From Anaerolinea thermophila (GTDB lineage: Bacteria; Chloroflexota; Anaerolineae; Anaerolineales; UBA4823): a DNA stretch of 40,387 nt. Under the pieces are notes generated by a model. It worked only from the letters and a program-made list of their open reading frames with translations, had not been told where the DNA came from and did not search any database. Shown in pieces: positions 1 through 9,614 of this stretch; the first letter of the stretch is position 1; every line of letters begins with the position of its first letter. The position numbers and the translations under genes were made by a program. Location of the stretch: assembly GCA_020724505.1 (NCBI GenBank), contig DYGV01000002.1:29619-70005 (forward strand), given 5' to 3'.

Positions 1-345
1 TGTCGCGGGGTAGCCTTCGGGCATTCCCATTGCGGACGGTGAAACTATATTGCCGTTTTCATCGGATGGGCTTTCGGTATAAACGAGACGCTCGTTCGGA
101 ACGATCTCCTTGTATTCGCCGACTGTCCACATTTTCATACGGCCGTCGGGTGATGCCATGCAAATCAAGCGTCTGCCGCCGACTCGTAGGTCCATCTCGG
201 CAACAGGGGCGGTAAAGCCTTTCGGACCGTACCAGTTTTTAAAGTGGTTGGGATCCGCCCACATCTGCCAGATGAGATCCACATTGGCCTCCAATGTCCG
301 TTCGACAACAACTGCGTTCTCTTTGGAAGTAGTCAGATTACTCAT
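1..345 (-). CDS. SRPBCC/AHSA1-like (START superfamily) protein, runs off the window's left edge
   Basis: Not in the ORF track. Manual translation from ATG 345 gives MSNLTTSKENAVVVERTLEANVDLIWQMWADPNHFKNWYGPKGF...MDLRVGG...GEYKEIVPNERLVYT, open to base 1. It has the typical SRPBCC motifs and overlaps the ArsR stop. Confidence 0.85.
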   Translation of the reverse strand, partial: MSNLTTSKENAVVVERTLEANVDLIWQMWADPNHFKNWYGPKGFTAPVAEMDLRVGGRRLICMASPDGRMKMWTVGEYKEIVPNERLVYTESPSDENGNIVSPSAMGMPEGYPAT

Positions 346-688
346 TGTTTTTCTCCTTTGGGTTGAGTTGGTTGATATAGTCATCCAATTGGTCAAAGCG
401 TTCCTCCCAGATGTGGCGGTATTGCTCTGTCCACTTGGAAATTTCCTGCAGGGGAGCGACGTTGATGGTGCAGGGACGGTACTGCGCTTTTTGTCCCTGT
501 ATGATCAGCCCTGCGTGCTCCAATACTTTAATATGTTTGGAAATGGCGGGTAGGCTCATATTGAATGGTTCTGCCAGTTCGTTCACGGTCGCTTCGCCTT
601 CCGCCAAACGCCCTAGGATGGCACGTCGTGTTGGGTTTGCCAATGCGGAAAAAGTTAGGTCTAGTTTGTCATCCTTGCTCCTGGTCAT
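338..688 (-). CDS. ArsR/SmtB family transcriptional regulator
   Basis: FSALANPTRRAIL...TVNELAEPFNMSLPAISKHIKVLEHAGLI winged HTH; standard ArsR-SRPBCC pair. Confidence 0.93.
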   Translation of the reverse strand: MTRSKDDKLDLTFSALANPTRRAILGRLAEGEATVNELAEPFNMSLPAISKHIKVLEHAGLIIQGQKAQYRPCTINVAPLQEISKWTEQYRHIWEERFDQLDDYINQLNPKEKNNE

Positions 689-697
689 ATAAAATTC

Positions 698-760
698 CTT
701 ATTTTACCAAATGGTTAATTAACTTATAGGTATAATACAATGATGTGAATTATTTGTCAA
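698..760 (-). promoter_or_regulatory. sigma70 promoter and probable ArsR operator
   Basis: Minus strand: TTGACA (760-755), 17 nt, TATTAT (737-732). Downstream is an imperfect palindrome, TTAACCA-TT-TGGTAAA, at about 704-719. Confidence 0.75.
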
Positions 761-820
761 GTAGCCTACCCGGCAGATATGAAATTGATGGGGATAAGAT
801 TTTTAGCAAAAGGATTATAC

Positions 821-847
821 GGTAAGAATTTTGGCAAGGTCTATCTC
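821..847 (+). promoter_or_regulatory. putative ECF-sigma promoter P1 (GGTAAG-N18-CTC)
   Basis: One of six intergenic, correctly oriented copies of GTAA(G)-N18/19-nTC. It is nearly identical to the copy at 12932-12906 (GGTAAGAATwwTGGCrAGGTC). Confidence 0.65.
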
Positions 848-903
848 TATTGGGCAGAGCGTTGCACGCAGTGCGCGCATTAACCTTAGAAGGAGAAAAG
901 ACC

Positions 904-1347
904 GTGACAACTACAACCTATTCCCTGACAAAAATTAACGCCCGTAACCTCTCGTTAGGCGCCATTGGCGGACTTGTGGGAGGTGTGCCATTCGGCATGA
1001 TGATGGCAATGATGGGCATGATGCCGATGATCGGCATGTTGATCCGAGTGGAAAACGCCACCGTGGGCTGGGTCGTCCACCTGGTAATCAGCGTGGTAGT
1101 CGGTGCGCTTTATGGTCACTTTGCCCCCGCCTTCTCGCAAACATGGAAATCCGCCACAATAGCAGGCGTAGTCTATGGCGTGATCTGGTGGGTGCTGGGC
1201 GCACTGATTCTGATGCCCGCCATGCTCGGCATGTTCCAGATGATCTTCGTCATTGGGCAGACGCAGTGGCTCAGCTTGATGGGTCACATCATTTACACAA
1301 CGATCACAGCCTGGGTGTTCAAAGCGCTGATTGATCGTGGCGGATAG
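904..1347 (+). CDS. Met-rich 4-TM membrane protein with two conserved His (paralog of 16823-17272)
   Basis: GTG start at 904 after AGGAG; four hydrophobic segments; FGMMMAMMGMMPMIGM, GWVVHL, LMGHIIY. Confidence 0.8.
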   Translation: MTTTTYSLTKINARNLSLGAIGGLVGGVPFGMMMAMMGMMPMIGMLIRVENATVGWVVHLVISVVVGALYGHFAPAFSQTWKSATIAGVVYGVIWWVLGALILMPAMLGMFQMIFVIGQTQWLSLMGHIIYTTITAWVFKALIDRGG

Positions 1348-1385
1348 ACTTGGGGCGAACCAATACACTTCAATTACAATAGCAT

Positions 1386-1437
1386 AGATCCCGCAGGTTG
1401 AATGCACGAATTTCTGTGACACACCTGCGGGAAATCT
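1386..1437 (+). other. intergenic stem-loop (possible terminator or attenuator)
   Basis: TCCCGCAGGT (1389-1398) and ACCTGCGGGA (1423-1432) form perfect 10-bp arms, followed by a short T run. Confidence 0.45.
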
Positions 1438-1448
1438 TTTAATGCGAG

Positions 1449-2672
1449 ATGTCGATGAAAAATATCCCTTCCTCAAACAAATGGCGGACTCTCCTCCTGC
1501 TGGCTTTCGCCGAATTGCTTGGCATGTCGGTCTGGTTTTCAGCGTCGGCAGTCGTCCCTGCGTTGACACAAGCCTGGTCGTTGACCGATTCGGGGCGCGC
1601 CTGGTTGACGATGTCGGTACAGATCGGTTTTGTGGTCGGGGCGTTTGGTTCGGCGCTCTTCAATCTCTCTGACCTCATCCCTGCCCGCCGCTTTTTTACG
1701 GCATCTGCAATGCTGGCGGCAATATCAACTGCCCTGATCCCGTTGATCGCGTTCAATCTATTTCCTGCGCTGATCCTTCGTTTTCTTACTGGTTTATTTC
1801 TCGCAGGTGTTTACCCCGTTGGTATGAAAATCATGGCAACCTGGACTCAAAAGGATCGCGGGCTTGGCATCGGTCTCCTGGTTGGCGCTCTCACGATTGG
1901 TTCTGCTGCGCCTCACCTTCTCAATGCTTTTGGCGGGGTGAACGACTGGAAGTCCGTTATGTTGTGGGCAGCAACGCTGGCAGGAAGCGGCGGTTTGATC
2001 GCATTGCTTTTTGTAGAAGAAGGTCCGTATAAAACTTCTTTACCAAAATTCAATTGGAAATACGTTGGTGAAATCTTCACCGAACGACCACTTCTCATGG
2101 CGAACCTGGGCTATCTCGGTCATATGTGGGAGTTGTATGCCATGTGGGCGTGGGTTCCTGTTTTTCTGAGCGCGAGTTTCAAACTTACGGGACAAAACCC
2201 AACCTTTGCAGGTCTGGCGGCGTTTGCGACGATAGGCATGGGCGGAGTCGGGAGTCTGGCGGCGGGTCAACTTGCAGATCGGCTGGGCAGGACGAAGGTC
2301 ACGATTGCCGCGTTGCTCGTCAGCGGAACATGCGCGTTGTGCGTGGGATTCTTCTTCGGGCAGAATCCCATCTGGCTGATTCTCATCTGCCTCATCTGGG
2401 GCTTTGCCGTCGTTGCCGACTCCGCCCAGTTTTCCGCCGCCATCAGCGAGATGTGTCGGACGGAATACACTGGCACTGCCCTGACTCTACAAACCAGCCT
2501 GGGCTTTCTCCTGACCCTTATCACCATCCGCCTCATCCCGACGCTCGAAGGCTGGTTCGGCTGGCGCTGGGCATTTTCCTTTCTGACGATTGGTCCCGCG
2601 CTTGGCATATGGGCGATGTACACATTGCGAAAGCTGCCAGAAGCAAAATCTCTGGCTGGGGGAAAGGGATAA
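1449..2672 (+). CDS. MFS transporter
   Basis: 407 aa with about 12 hydrophobic segments; GQLADRLGRTK MFS motif A; LILRFLTG. Confidence 0.92.
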   Translation: MSMKNIPSSNKWRTLLLLAFAELLGMSVWFSASAVVPALTQAWSLTDSGRAWLTMSVQIGFVVGAFGSALFNLSDLIPARRFFTASAMLAAISTALIPLIAFNLFPALILRFLTGLFLAGVYPVGMKIMATWTQKDRGLGIGLLVGALTIGSAAPHLLNAFGGVNDWKSVMLWAATLAGSGGLIALLFVEEGPYKTSLPKFNWKYVGEIFTERPLLMANLGYLGHMWELYAMWAWVPVFLSASFKLTGQNPTFAGLAAFATIGMGGVGSLAAGQLADRLGRTKVTIAALLVSGTCALCVGFFFGQNPIWLILICLIWGFAVVADSAQFSAAISEMCRTEYTGTALTLQTSLGFLLTLITIRLIPTLEGWFGWRWAFSFLTIGPALGIWAMYTLRKLPEAKSLAGGKG

Positions 2673-2681
2673 TCTCAACCC

Positions 2682-2712
2682 TTGACCTTCCAGTGACTGG
2701 AAGGTGTACACT
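2682..2712 (+). promoter_or_regulatory. MerR-family (CueR-box type) promoter/operator
   Basis: -35 TTGACC (2682-87), 19-bp spacer, -10 TACACT (2707-12). Perfect dyad ACCTTCCAGT-G-ACTGGAAGGT (2685-2705), which is ACCTTCC-N7-GGAAGGT. Confidence 0.92.
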
Positions 2713-2736
2713 GGTTTTGCCTTGCAAGGAGCGAGC

Positions 2737-3147
2737 ATGAAAATTCAAGAGTTGACAAAAAGCACAGGCATAAGCGCCAAGACAATTCGCTATTACGAAG
2801 GGATTGGTATCTTGCCTGCACCTGCCCGCACCGAAAATAACTATCGCCGCTATACCGAACAGGATGTAGAACGTTTGCGTCTCGTGGCAGGTGCACGGCG
2901 GCTGGATTTGTCTTTGGATGACATTCAGGAAATCATTGCTCTGCGTGATCGCCGCGAAGCGCCGTGCCGTGTGTTGCTGGAGCGGTTGGAACACAAAGCC
3001 GATGAAATTGCCGAACGTATCCTTGAATTGAAGCGGCTTGAGCATGAACTGCGCGAACTGTACGCGCTCGGTTCAACCTTCCCTGTGGATGATGTGGAAG
3101 GCAAGCATTGCGTCTGTCACCTTGTAAGCGAACATGCCAAAGAGTAG
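2737..3147 (+). CDS. merR: MerR family heavy-metal-responsive regulator
   Basis: Start re-called to ATG 2737 after AAGGAG. MKIQELTKSTGISAKTIRYYE...NYRRY HTH; Cys77 plus C-terminal C125-x-C127. Confidence 0.9.
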   Translation: MKIQELTKSTGISAKTIRYYEGIGILPAPARTENNYRRYTEQDVERLRLVAGARRLDLSLDDIQEIIALRDRREAPCRVLLERLEHKADEIAERILELKRLEHELRELYALGSTFPVDDVEGKHCVCHLVSEHAKE

Positions 3148-3156
3148 GAGCAATGT

Positions 3157-3387
3157 ATGTCAAATCTATTCAAGAATTTCAATCCGCTCAAAACGGGAAT
3201 CATTGGCTCGCGCGTCGCCGCCCTGTGCTGTTTCACCCCCATTCTGGTTATCCTGTTAAGTACACTGGGAGTGAGTTGGCTAACGGGTTATCTCGATTAT
3301 GTGCTTTTTCCAGTGATGTTTATCTTTATTGGTCTGACTGCTTATGGTCTTTATCGCCAATCAAAATCAAAAGCCACAAACGAATAA
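3157..3387 (+). CDS. merF: mercury transport protein MerF
   Basis: 76 aa, two TMs, AALCCFTPILVILL...LTGYLDYVLFP MerF signature. Confidence 0.88.
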   Translation: MSNLFKNFNPLKTGIIGSRVAALCCFTPILVILLSTLGVSWLTGYLDYVLFPVMFIFIGLTAYGLYRQSKSKATNE

Positions 3388-3407
3388 CTCTGTCTTCGGA
3401 GAAATAA

Positions 3408-4277
3408 ATGTGGATTCTTCTTGCCTTGAGCGCAGCAACGCTGACTTCCTTCAACCCCATTCTTTATAAGCGAATATTGAAAGATGCAGACTCGTTGATC
3501 GTTGTGTGGGGCGTTACCCTGCTGGCATTGCCGTTGTTGGGTTTGTTTGCGATTGCACTCACACCGCAATTTCCCAAAGTGGATCGGCTATTTGCGATTG
3601 GCGTGTTGGGGTCGGCAGGCATGAATGCTGTGGCGCATCTTGCTTCAACGCGCGCATTGAAACTGGCGGATGTTTCATTGGTCACGCCGTTGCTGATCTT
3701 TAGCCCAGTATTTACTGTGTTGATTTCTGCTTTCTTTCTCGGCGAGATTCCCTCTCTGCGCGGATTGGTCGGCGTGGGACTGGTTCTCCTTGGGGCATAT
3801 TGGCTCAATTATCGTTCAGGCACAAATTGGTTCACGCCGTTCAAATCGCTTGCCTTCACACCCGCTGTTGCACTTGTTCTGCTGGCTGGATTGCTCTGGG
3901 CAATTACACCGCTATTGGAGAAAACAGCCATCCTGCATACAAACCCAGAAAGCCCGCGCTTTGCGGCATTCGTAGTAGACGCTCTCTTAACCATCACATT
4001 AACTCCAGCGGTCATTGCGCGCGGCAAGTCAGCCATTATCAAACTTTCTCTCCATCGCCGTGAATTTTTTCTTGCAGGTCTGATCGCGGGCATTGCGCCC
4101 GTGTTGGGGTATACCGCGTTCAGCCTCGGCTTCGTTGGATACGTAACAACACTTTTCAAGCTCAGCGCGCTGATGACTGTGTTCTGGGGTTTTCTCTTTC
4201 TCAAAGAAGGCGGGATGACGCAACGATTGCCCGCTTCATTGGTGATGGTGACAGGCGTCATCCTGATCGCGTCGTAA
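3408..4277 (+). CDS. EamA/DMT family transporter
   Basis: 289 aa with about 10 TMs; ALKLADVSLVTPL...SAFFLGE and LFLKEG repeat halves. Confidence 0.88.
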   Translation: MWILLALSAATLTSFNPILYKRILKDADSLIVVWGVTLLALPLLGLFAIALTPQFPKVDRLFAIGVLGSAGMNAVAHLASTRALKLADVSLVTPLLIFSPVFTVLISAFFLGEIPSLRGLVGVGLVLLGAYWLNYRSGTNWFTPFKSLAFTPAVALVLLAGLLWAITPLLEKTAILHTNPESPRFAAFVVDALLTITLTPAVIARGKSAIIKLSLHRREFFLAGLIAGIAPVLGYTAFSLGFVGYVTTLFKLSALMTVFWGFLFLKEGGMTQRLPASLVMVTGVILIAS

Positions 4278-4302
4278 TTCTGTTTAATCGCAGGAGTTCA
4301 AA

Positions 4303-5736
4303 ATGGAAAATGAATTCGACCTTGTAATTCTAGGTTCAGGCTCCACCGCCTTTGCCGCGGCAATCCGCGCGGCGGAACTGGACAGGACCGCCGCCATGAC
4401 CGAAATGCGGACGCTGGGCGGAACGTGCGTCAATCGGGGCTGCCTTCCGAGCAAGAATCTCATCGAAGCGGCGCGCATTGTCTGGGAGGCGGCGCATCCG
4501 CGCTATAAGGGACTCAAGTCCGCCAAAATGGATTTCAACTTTGCGGAACTGATCTCCCAAAAGCAGGATGTCGTTCATGCCTATCGAGATAAAAAATATC
4601 AATCCATTTTGACGGACGATGACAACATCAAGGTCTTTGAAGGCAAGGCGGAATTGATTGACGCGCACACTGTCCGCATGGGAGAAAGCATCTTAAGCGG
4701 CGACCAGATTCTCGTCGCGACAGGGACGCGTCCTGTCATCCCCCAGATTGAAGGCTTGGACAATGTGCCTTATCTCACCTCCGACCTGCTCACTTCAGAC
4801 GAAGCGCAGGAGTTAAAGGAACTGCCTGAATCGCTGGTCATCGTCGGCGCGGGATATATCGCGCTCGAACTGGGGCAGATGTTCCACCGCTTCGGAACGC
4901 GCGTCACGATTTTGGAACGCAGTCAGGTCATCCTGCCGCGCTATGAACCCGAAGTATCGGATTCGTTGACGTTCATTCTGCGCAAGGAAGGATTGAAAAT
5001 TGTTACTGAAGCGCAGGTCACGCGCGTTTCTCATAACTCCCAAAATGAAATCGAAGTGACGGCAAACGTGGGCGGGAAGGCGCAAACATTCAAGGCGCAG
5101 AAACTTCTGATTGCCGCAGGTAGACAGCCGAACACCGATGGCATTGGCTTGGAGAAAGTCGGCGTGCAATTGGATGAACATGGTTTTGTGAAGGTGAACG
5201 ACGAACTGCAAACCAGCGCCCCAAACATCTGGGCGGCAGGCGATGTAATTGGGAATCAGACTGAAAGCCAGCCTGCCACACCTGTCGGCGCGCATGACGG
5301 CGTGATCGTTGCAAAGAATGCGCTTGCAGGCGCGCATCAAATGATTGACCATCGTGTGATCCCGCGTGTAATTTTCACTGACCCACAGGTGGCGGTTGTC
5401 GGTCAGACAGATGAGGAAGTTGTCGGTTCAGGTGTGCGTTGTTGGTGCGGAACAATTCCGCTGGAATATGTCCCACGTGGAGGCGCGACCCATCAAACCG
5501 ACGGCATTGCCAAAATCGTGATTGACCGCGACACACAGGAAGTGAAGGGCGTCTCGCTGGTCATGCCCAACGCAGGAGAAGTGATCCACGAGGCGGCGAT
5601 GGCGATGCGCTTTCGCGCCAGACTAGAGGACTTCATTGACATGATTCACGTCTATCCCACAATGGCGGAGGCATTGAAGATCGCGGCGATTTCGTACTTC
5701 AAAGACCCCGCCAAGTTATCGTGCTGCGCGGAATAG
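4303..5736 (+). CDS. merA: mercuric reductase MerA (no N-terminal NmerA domain)
   Basis: GSGSTA FAD loop, [13 protein letters not shown] redox disulfide, GAGYIALE, C-terminal KLSCCAE vicinal Cys pair; lies in a mer operon. Confidence 0.93.
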   Translation: MENEFDLVILGSGSTAFAAAIRAAELDRTAAMTEMRTLGGTCVNRGCLPSKNLIEAARIVWEAAHPRYKGLKSAKMDFNFAELISQKQDVVHAYRDKKYQSILTDDDNIKVFEGKAELIDAHTVRMGESILSGDQILVATGTRPVIPQIEGLDNVPYLTSDLLTSDEAQELKELPESLVIVGAGYIALELGQMFHRFGTRVTILERSQVILPRYEPEVSDSLTFILRKEGLKIVTEAQVTRVSHNSQNEIEVTANVGGKAQTFKAQKLLIAAGRQPNTDGIGLEKVGVQLDEHGFVKVNDELQTSAPNIWAAGDVIGNQTESQPATPVGAHDGVIVAKNALAGAHQMIDHRVIPRVIFTDPQVAVVGQTDEEVVGSGVRCWCGTIPLEYVPRGGATHQTDGIAKIVIDRDTQEVKGVSLVMPNAGEVIHEAAMAMRFRARLEDFIDMIHVYPTMAEALKIAAISYFKDPAKLSCCAE

Positions 5737-5761
5737 GCACAATTTTTGGAAATGAAAATGC

Positions 5762-5785
5762 GGGTTGATTCCAGCCCTCTTTTTT
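5762..5785 (+). terminator. putative rho-independent terminator after merA
   Basis: GGGTTG-attc-CAGCCC hairpin followed by a T run. Confidence 0.5.
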
Positions 5786-5812
5786 CATTCACCCAAACAG
5801 GATCCCTGACGG

Positions 5813-6388
5813 TTACGAAAATTTTCTTTTGAATTGCTGAATGAGTTTCGGTAAAAACAGATACCCCAATAACACGATATTGATTCCCAACTCGACCCAG
5901 AAGAATTGACTCGCGTAATGTGCCCTGTCCCAGTAACTGACAGGACTATTGAAGCGCGTATGCCAATCAAAAGGGAAGAAGAGCACGGGACCATCGTTGT
6001 AATGAGTGAAGATGTCAATCACGGAATGCACCATGCAGCCAAAGACAAAGGATAGCCACCAATGTCCACGTGTGTTGGGTTGGTTTCTATGGCGCCAGAG
6101 AAAAATGGCATACAACAGCAAGGCGGTTGGCGAATGCAGCAAATTATGGCTGGCGACCCACAATGGATTGTTGAAGTACAGATTGTCAAATGCGTTGTTC
6201 ATCATTCCAGATACTGGCTGGGTGGCAACATGGCGGTTGTAAAGAAAATACCCAATCGACAATAACCCAAGTGGAATATCAGGTGCGACAGAACCCCACA
6301 GAAAAGGGGATTTGGCTAGTTTGAACTTTGTTCCAATCCTTTTCTCAATGGCGGCATTGATAACAAGATGAGTGGGAAATGTGTTCAA
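5813..6388 (-). CDS. membrane-bound metal-dependent hydrolase-like protein
   Basis: His-rich motifs TH, GSVAPD, HNLLHS, HSVIDIFTH-x-x-DG with hydrophobic segments. The TTG start overlaps the upstream TGA. Confidence 0.75.
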   Translation of the reverse strand: MNTFPTHLVINAAIEKRIGTKFKLAKSPFLWGSVAPDIPLGLLSIGYFLYNRHVATQPVSGMMNNAFDNLYFNNPLWVASHNLLHSPTALLLYAIFLWRHRNQPNTRGHWWLSFVFGCMVHSVIDIFTHYNDGPVLFFPFDWHTRFNSPVSYWDRAHYASQFFWVELGINIVLLGYLFLPKLIQQFKRKFS

Positions 6389-6918
6389 AATGTTTTCAAC
6401 ACCTTCAGCAACGCATCCACAGACGGTCTGTCTGTCGGATCGTGACTCGGATGGACGAGACGCAGGATGCCATCCTTATCCACAATGAAGTCGCCGCCGA
6501 GTTGGGATGTATCGTCGCCGTGGGAGTCGTAGAATGTGCCGCGCTGAAACCAGCGTTTGATGTAAACCCAGACTACGCGGGGATGCCATGAACGCCAACG
6601 GGAGCGTTCGAGTCGGTAGGCTTTGTAGATTGTTCGGTCGTGGTCAACGAGGACAGTGAATGTATGACAGACTTCATCCAGCCATTGTTGGAGCGCGGGA
6701 AGCGTTCCAAAGGAAATGATGAAGACGCGTGTATTGAGTTCTGCAAATTCTTCCTGGCGCGCGCACAACTGTGCGGCATGTTCGCGGCAGGGAATTCAGC
6801 CGAGGTGACGGAGGAAAACTAACAGGGCGTTTCCGTTTTTGAGTACATCGCTAAGTGTGACTTGTTCGCCGTCGAGGGTTTGCATGGTGAAGTCGGGGGC
6901 TGGTGAATTGAGTTTCAT
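6385..6918 (-). CDS. peroxiredoxin-like (AhpC/TSA, SelL/SelU-like) selenoprotein, UxxC, Sec41
   Basis: From ATG 6918: MKLNSPAPDFTMQTLDGEQVTLSDVLKNGNALLVFLRHLG-TGA(6798-6796)-IPCREHAAQLCARQEE..., in frame with ORF 6385-6768 (QLGGDFIVDKDG...DRP). The TGA sits at the first Cys position of CxxC, with a hairpin downstream. Confidence 0.88.
6751..6795 (-). promoter_or_regulatory. putative bacterial SECIS element
   Basis: Upper stem CGCAC-AGUU-GUGCG, with the loop 25 nt after UGA and G at loop position 2. Lower pairing is UUCC(C)UG.CGCG with CGCG.CAGGAA. Confidence 0.65.
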
Positions 6919-7540
6919 GTGTCAGGTTCCAAGTCTCAGGTGTCAAGTTTTGTTTTGCCCATAGAAGTCGTTGAACAATAGTGACGAATACAAACGCGGC
7001 AAATATGGAAAACAATACCGTGATGTATGTGGGAAAGAGCAGGAAGATTCCATAAGCGATGATCGTTTCAAATCCGCCGATGAGACCTGCTGGCATGACG
7101 ATGGCGGTTTGTGTATCGGGCGTATGTAAGGCGCGTTTTTCAAGAATAGCGGCGAGATACATCCACGAGGCAGAGTTGATGTAGAAGGACGCGAGCATTA
7201 AGGCTAAGGCGAGATAACGCTCCATCGTCGGCGAACCAGCTACCAGTCCAATGGGAAGCGCGGCGTAGACGATGAAATCGGTCAGGATGTCCACGTATCC
7301 GCCGAAGTCGGATTGCCTGTCGTGCAGACGCGCGATCAAGCCGTCGAGCCCATCCAGGACGCGGTTGAGAATCCAAAATCCAAGTGCAACGAAATAGGAT
7401 TGGGTGAAAGCGAACCACGCGGCGAGCAGACCTGCAACAAGAGCGAGGATAGTAATAAGGATGGGGGGGACGCGGCTCAAACTCTGCGCAAGCGGCGCAC
7501 CAACTTGATCCTTGAATTTGCGAAGAGGTGTATCGAGCAT
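6851..7540 (-). CDS. CDP-alcohol phosphatidyltransferase family protein (YnjF-like)
   Basis: LDGLDGLIAR...FGGYVDILTD matches the D-G-x2-A-R-x8-G-x3-D-x3-D signature. Confidence 0.9.
   Translation of the reverse strand: MLDTPLRKFKDQVGAPLAQSLSRVPPILITILALVAGLLAAWFAFTQSYFVALGFWILNRVLDGLDGLIARLHDRQSDFGGYVDILTDFIVYAALPIGLVAGSPTMERYLALALMLASFYINSASWMYLAAILEKRALHTPDTQTAIVMPAGLIGGFETIIAYGIFLLFPTYITVLFSIFAAFVFVTIVQRLLWAKQNLTPETWNLTHETQFTSPRLHHANPRRRTSHT
6914..6948 (-). repeat. five degenerate tandem heptamers
   Basis: Minus strand: ACTTGAC ACCTGAG ACTTGGA ACCTGAC ACATGAA. Confidence 0.55.
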
Positions 7541-9250
7541 CTATTTTTTCCTGATTTGCCACGCGAGGCGGGCTTGAGATTTACGTCTGCGATTCAAGGC
7601 GGGAACGGAATATTTCAACTGATCATCAATCGCTTTCTTCAATAATTCCGGCATGGATTTCTCGCCAAAGAAATGTTTGCGATATTCGCCGCTGCCCATG
7701 AATCCCACACGGCGGCTGAGCAGATTGAAACGCAGTTTGTTGTCGGGCAGATGATTTTTCCCATTGAGCAAATCCTTGAAGGCGGATGACATCCACGGGA
7801 AACGCTCGAACTGTTTCTTGATCTCGGCGACCGTACGATCCACATCCGCTTCATCTTCGGGGTTGACCTGATCCATCAAGGCGTCGATCTTTTCCTGAAT
7901 CTCGAAGAAGAGTGGAAAGCCGCCGCCTGCCAGTTTATGCCCCCGCATGAGTTGGATGTACTCATCCCGATTATTGGCGCGATAGCGATTCGTGATCAGA
8001 CTCAAATATTCAAGATATGCACCGAGCAGCCAGAGCACTTCATATACATTCCAGAGTTTGAAATTGTGCCATGACTTGAATGAGCTTGCCACAATACGGT
8101 CATGCATGTTGATGTAATCCAGCGTGATCGGCTCGAGTGAAGAAAATGCCTTGGCTGAATAATCGCCCGTTTGTTTGGCTTTCAACAGCAAATCGGCGAT
8201 AAGAAAAATTTGCGCGTGAGTGACGTACAACCCTTTCGAGTAGAGCGGGTCAATGAACCCTGCGGCGTGAGCGAGCAAAGCGAATCTATCGCCGACAATG
8301 TGATGTGCGGAATATTGCAGGCGGTTAATTCTCCTCCAATCGCGGACGGGTTTGGCGTTTTTCAGTTGCGCTTCCATATCGGGGAATTGCTGGATGAATT
8401 CGCGGAATTCCTCCTCGGGAGTCAAATCGTCCCGTTGCGGGTACAGGCGCGGATCAAGTTGCAGACCCACACTGCACAAAGGATTTGTGGAAGCAGGATG
8501 ATTATTGAACGGAATGATCCACAGCCAGCCACCCTTGAAGATATGATGAAGCGTCCCTTGTGAAAGCGGGTATGGATGTCCGTAATCCTGATGAGGCATG
8601 GTCACTTCGTTGAAACCGGGCACATCGATCATGTGCGTAAAGATGGTGCGGGAGTGTGACATCAGGTCGCGGTGGCGCCAGTTGAATTTCTGCGCCAGAA
8701 TGGATTTCATCCCACCCGCGTCGATGATGTATTCGGCGCGATAAGGCTTATCCTTGCTGGTGATGATCTCCACACCATCAAGCTGGACGTTGATATCTTT
8801 TATGAAGGTGTTTTGTAAGATCGTTGCACCGTAAGAGATGGCAACCGAAGTCAGGAAGTAATCCGAGTCCTGCCGCGTGATATGAATCTCATGTCCGTAG
8901 GGCATTTTAGGAATCACGGCTTGCAGGGTTTTGCGCGGGTCAACTCTTTGACCTGGGGTGTGATGCACGAAACTGAAATGACGCTTCACTCCGTGTTGCG
9001 TACCGATATAGTTGTAAAAGTTTTCAGAGGAATAATAGGCAAGTTCGGGCACATCGTAAAATTCCGCCAGCGCGCGCATGGCTTCGGATGTTTCCAGAAT
9101 CATCGACTCGCCGATGGTGAAGCGGGGATGCTGTCCGCCCTCAAAGACAATCACAGACAAGCCCTGGCGAGCCAACACGCTCGCCAGGGTCGAACCGCCG
9201 ATGCCAGAGCCAATGATGGCGACATCATATTTCTTTTGTTCATTTGCCAT
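7541..9250 (-). CDS. flavin-dependent halogenase (Trp-halogenase superfamily)
   Basis: GSGIGG, IGES, candidate catalytic Lys in GVKRHF, WLWIIP (WxWxIP) and FIDPLYSKG (FxxPxxSxG). Confidence 0.85.
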   Translation of the reverse strand: MANEQKKYDVAIIGSGIGGSTLASVLARQGLSVIVFEGGQHPRFTIGESMILETSEAMRALAEFYDVPELAYYSSENFYNYIGTQHGVKRHFSFVHHTPGQRVDPRKTLQAVIPKMPYGHEIHITRQDSDYFLTSVAISYGATILQNTFIKDINVQLDGVEIITSKDKPYRAEYIIDAGGMKSILAQKFNWRHRDLMSHSRTIFTHMIDVPGFNEVTMPHQDYGHPYPLSQGTLHHIFKGGWLWIIPFNNHPASTNPLCSVGLQLDPRLYPQRDDLTPEEEFREFIQQFPDMEAQLKNAKPVRDWRRINRLQYSAHHIVGDRFALLAHAAGFIDPLYSKGLYVTHAQIFLIADLLLKAKQTGDYSAKAFSSLEPITLDYINMHDRIVASSFKSWHNFKLWNVYEVLWLLGAYLEYLSLITNRYRANNRDEYIQLMRGHKLAGGGFPLFFEIQEKIDALMDQVNPEDEADVDRTVAEIKKQFERFPWMSSAFKDLLNGKNHLPDNKLRFNLLSRRVGFMGSGEYRKHFFGEKSMPELLKKAIDDQLKYSVPALNRRRKSQARLAWQIRKK

Positions 9251-9254
9251 ACAG

Positions 9255-9596
9255 TTATGCTCTCACTGGAGCTTTGAGCAACCCATCCACCTTGGCTTTG
9301 ATAGCGGGAGCGGGCGCGGCACCAACGATGGTATCCCTGACCAACCCATCCCTGATAAAGAGCAGGGTTGGAATCCCTTGTATGCCATATTTCATCGCCC
9401 ATTGCGGATTCTCATCCGTATTGACCTTGGCGATGGTCAGTTTGTCTCCGTACTCTGCGGCTAATTTTTCTAGGACAGGTGCGATCATTTTACAGGGGGT
9501 ACACCAGGGCGCCCAGAAATCCACAACCACAGGGGTAGTCGATTTAATGACCGTGGTTTCAAATTCAGCATCAGTTATATGTAAGGGTGTATTCAT
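9255..9596 (-). CDS. trxA: thioredoxin
   Basis: [18 protein letters not shown]...IQGIPTLL. Confidence 0.95.
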   Translation of the reverse strand: MNTPLHITDAEFETTVIKSTTPVVVDFWAPWCTPCKMIAPVLEKLAAEYGDKLTIAKVNTDENPQWAMKYGIQGIPTLLFIRDGLVRDTIVGAAPAPAIKAKVDGLLKAPVRA

Positions 9597-9614
9597 TTTG
9601 GTTCTCCTTGTTGT

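Noticed and set aside
793-820. GATAAG...ATA as a seventh ECF promoter
   Set aside because: Mismatches in both elements, and a better copy lies immediately downstream.
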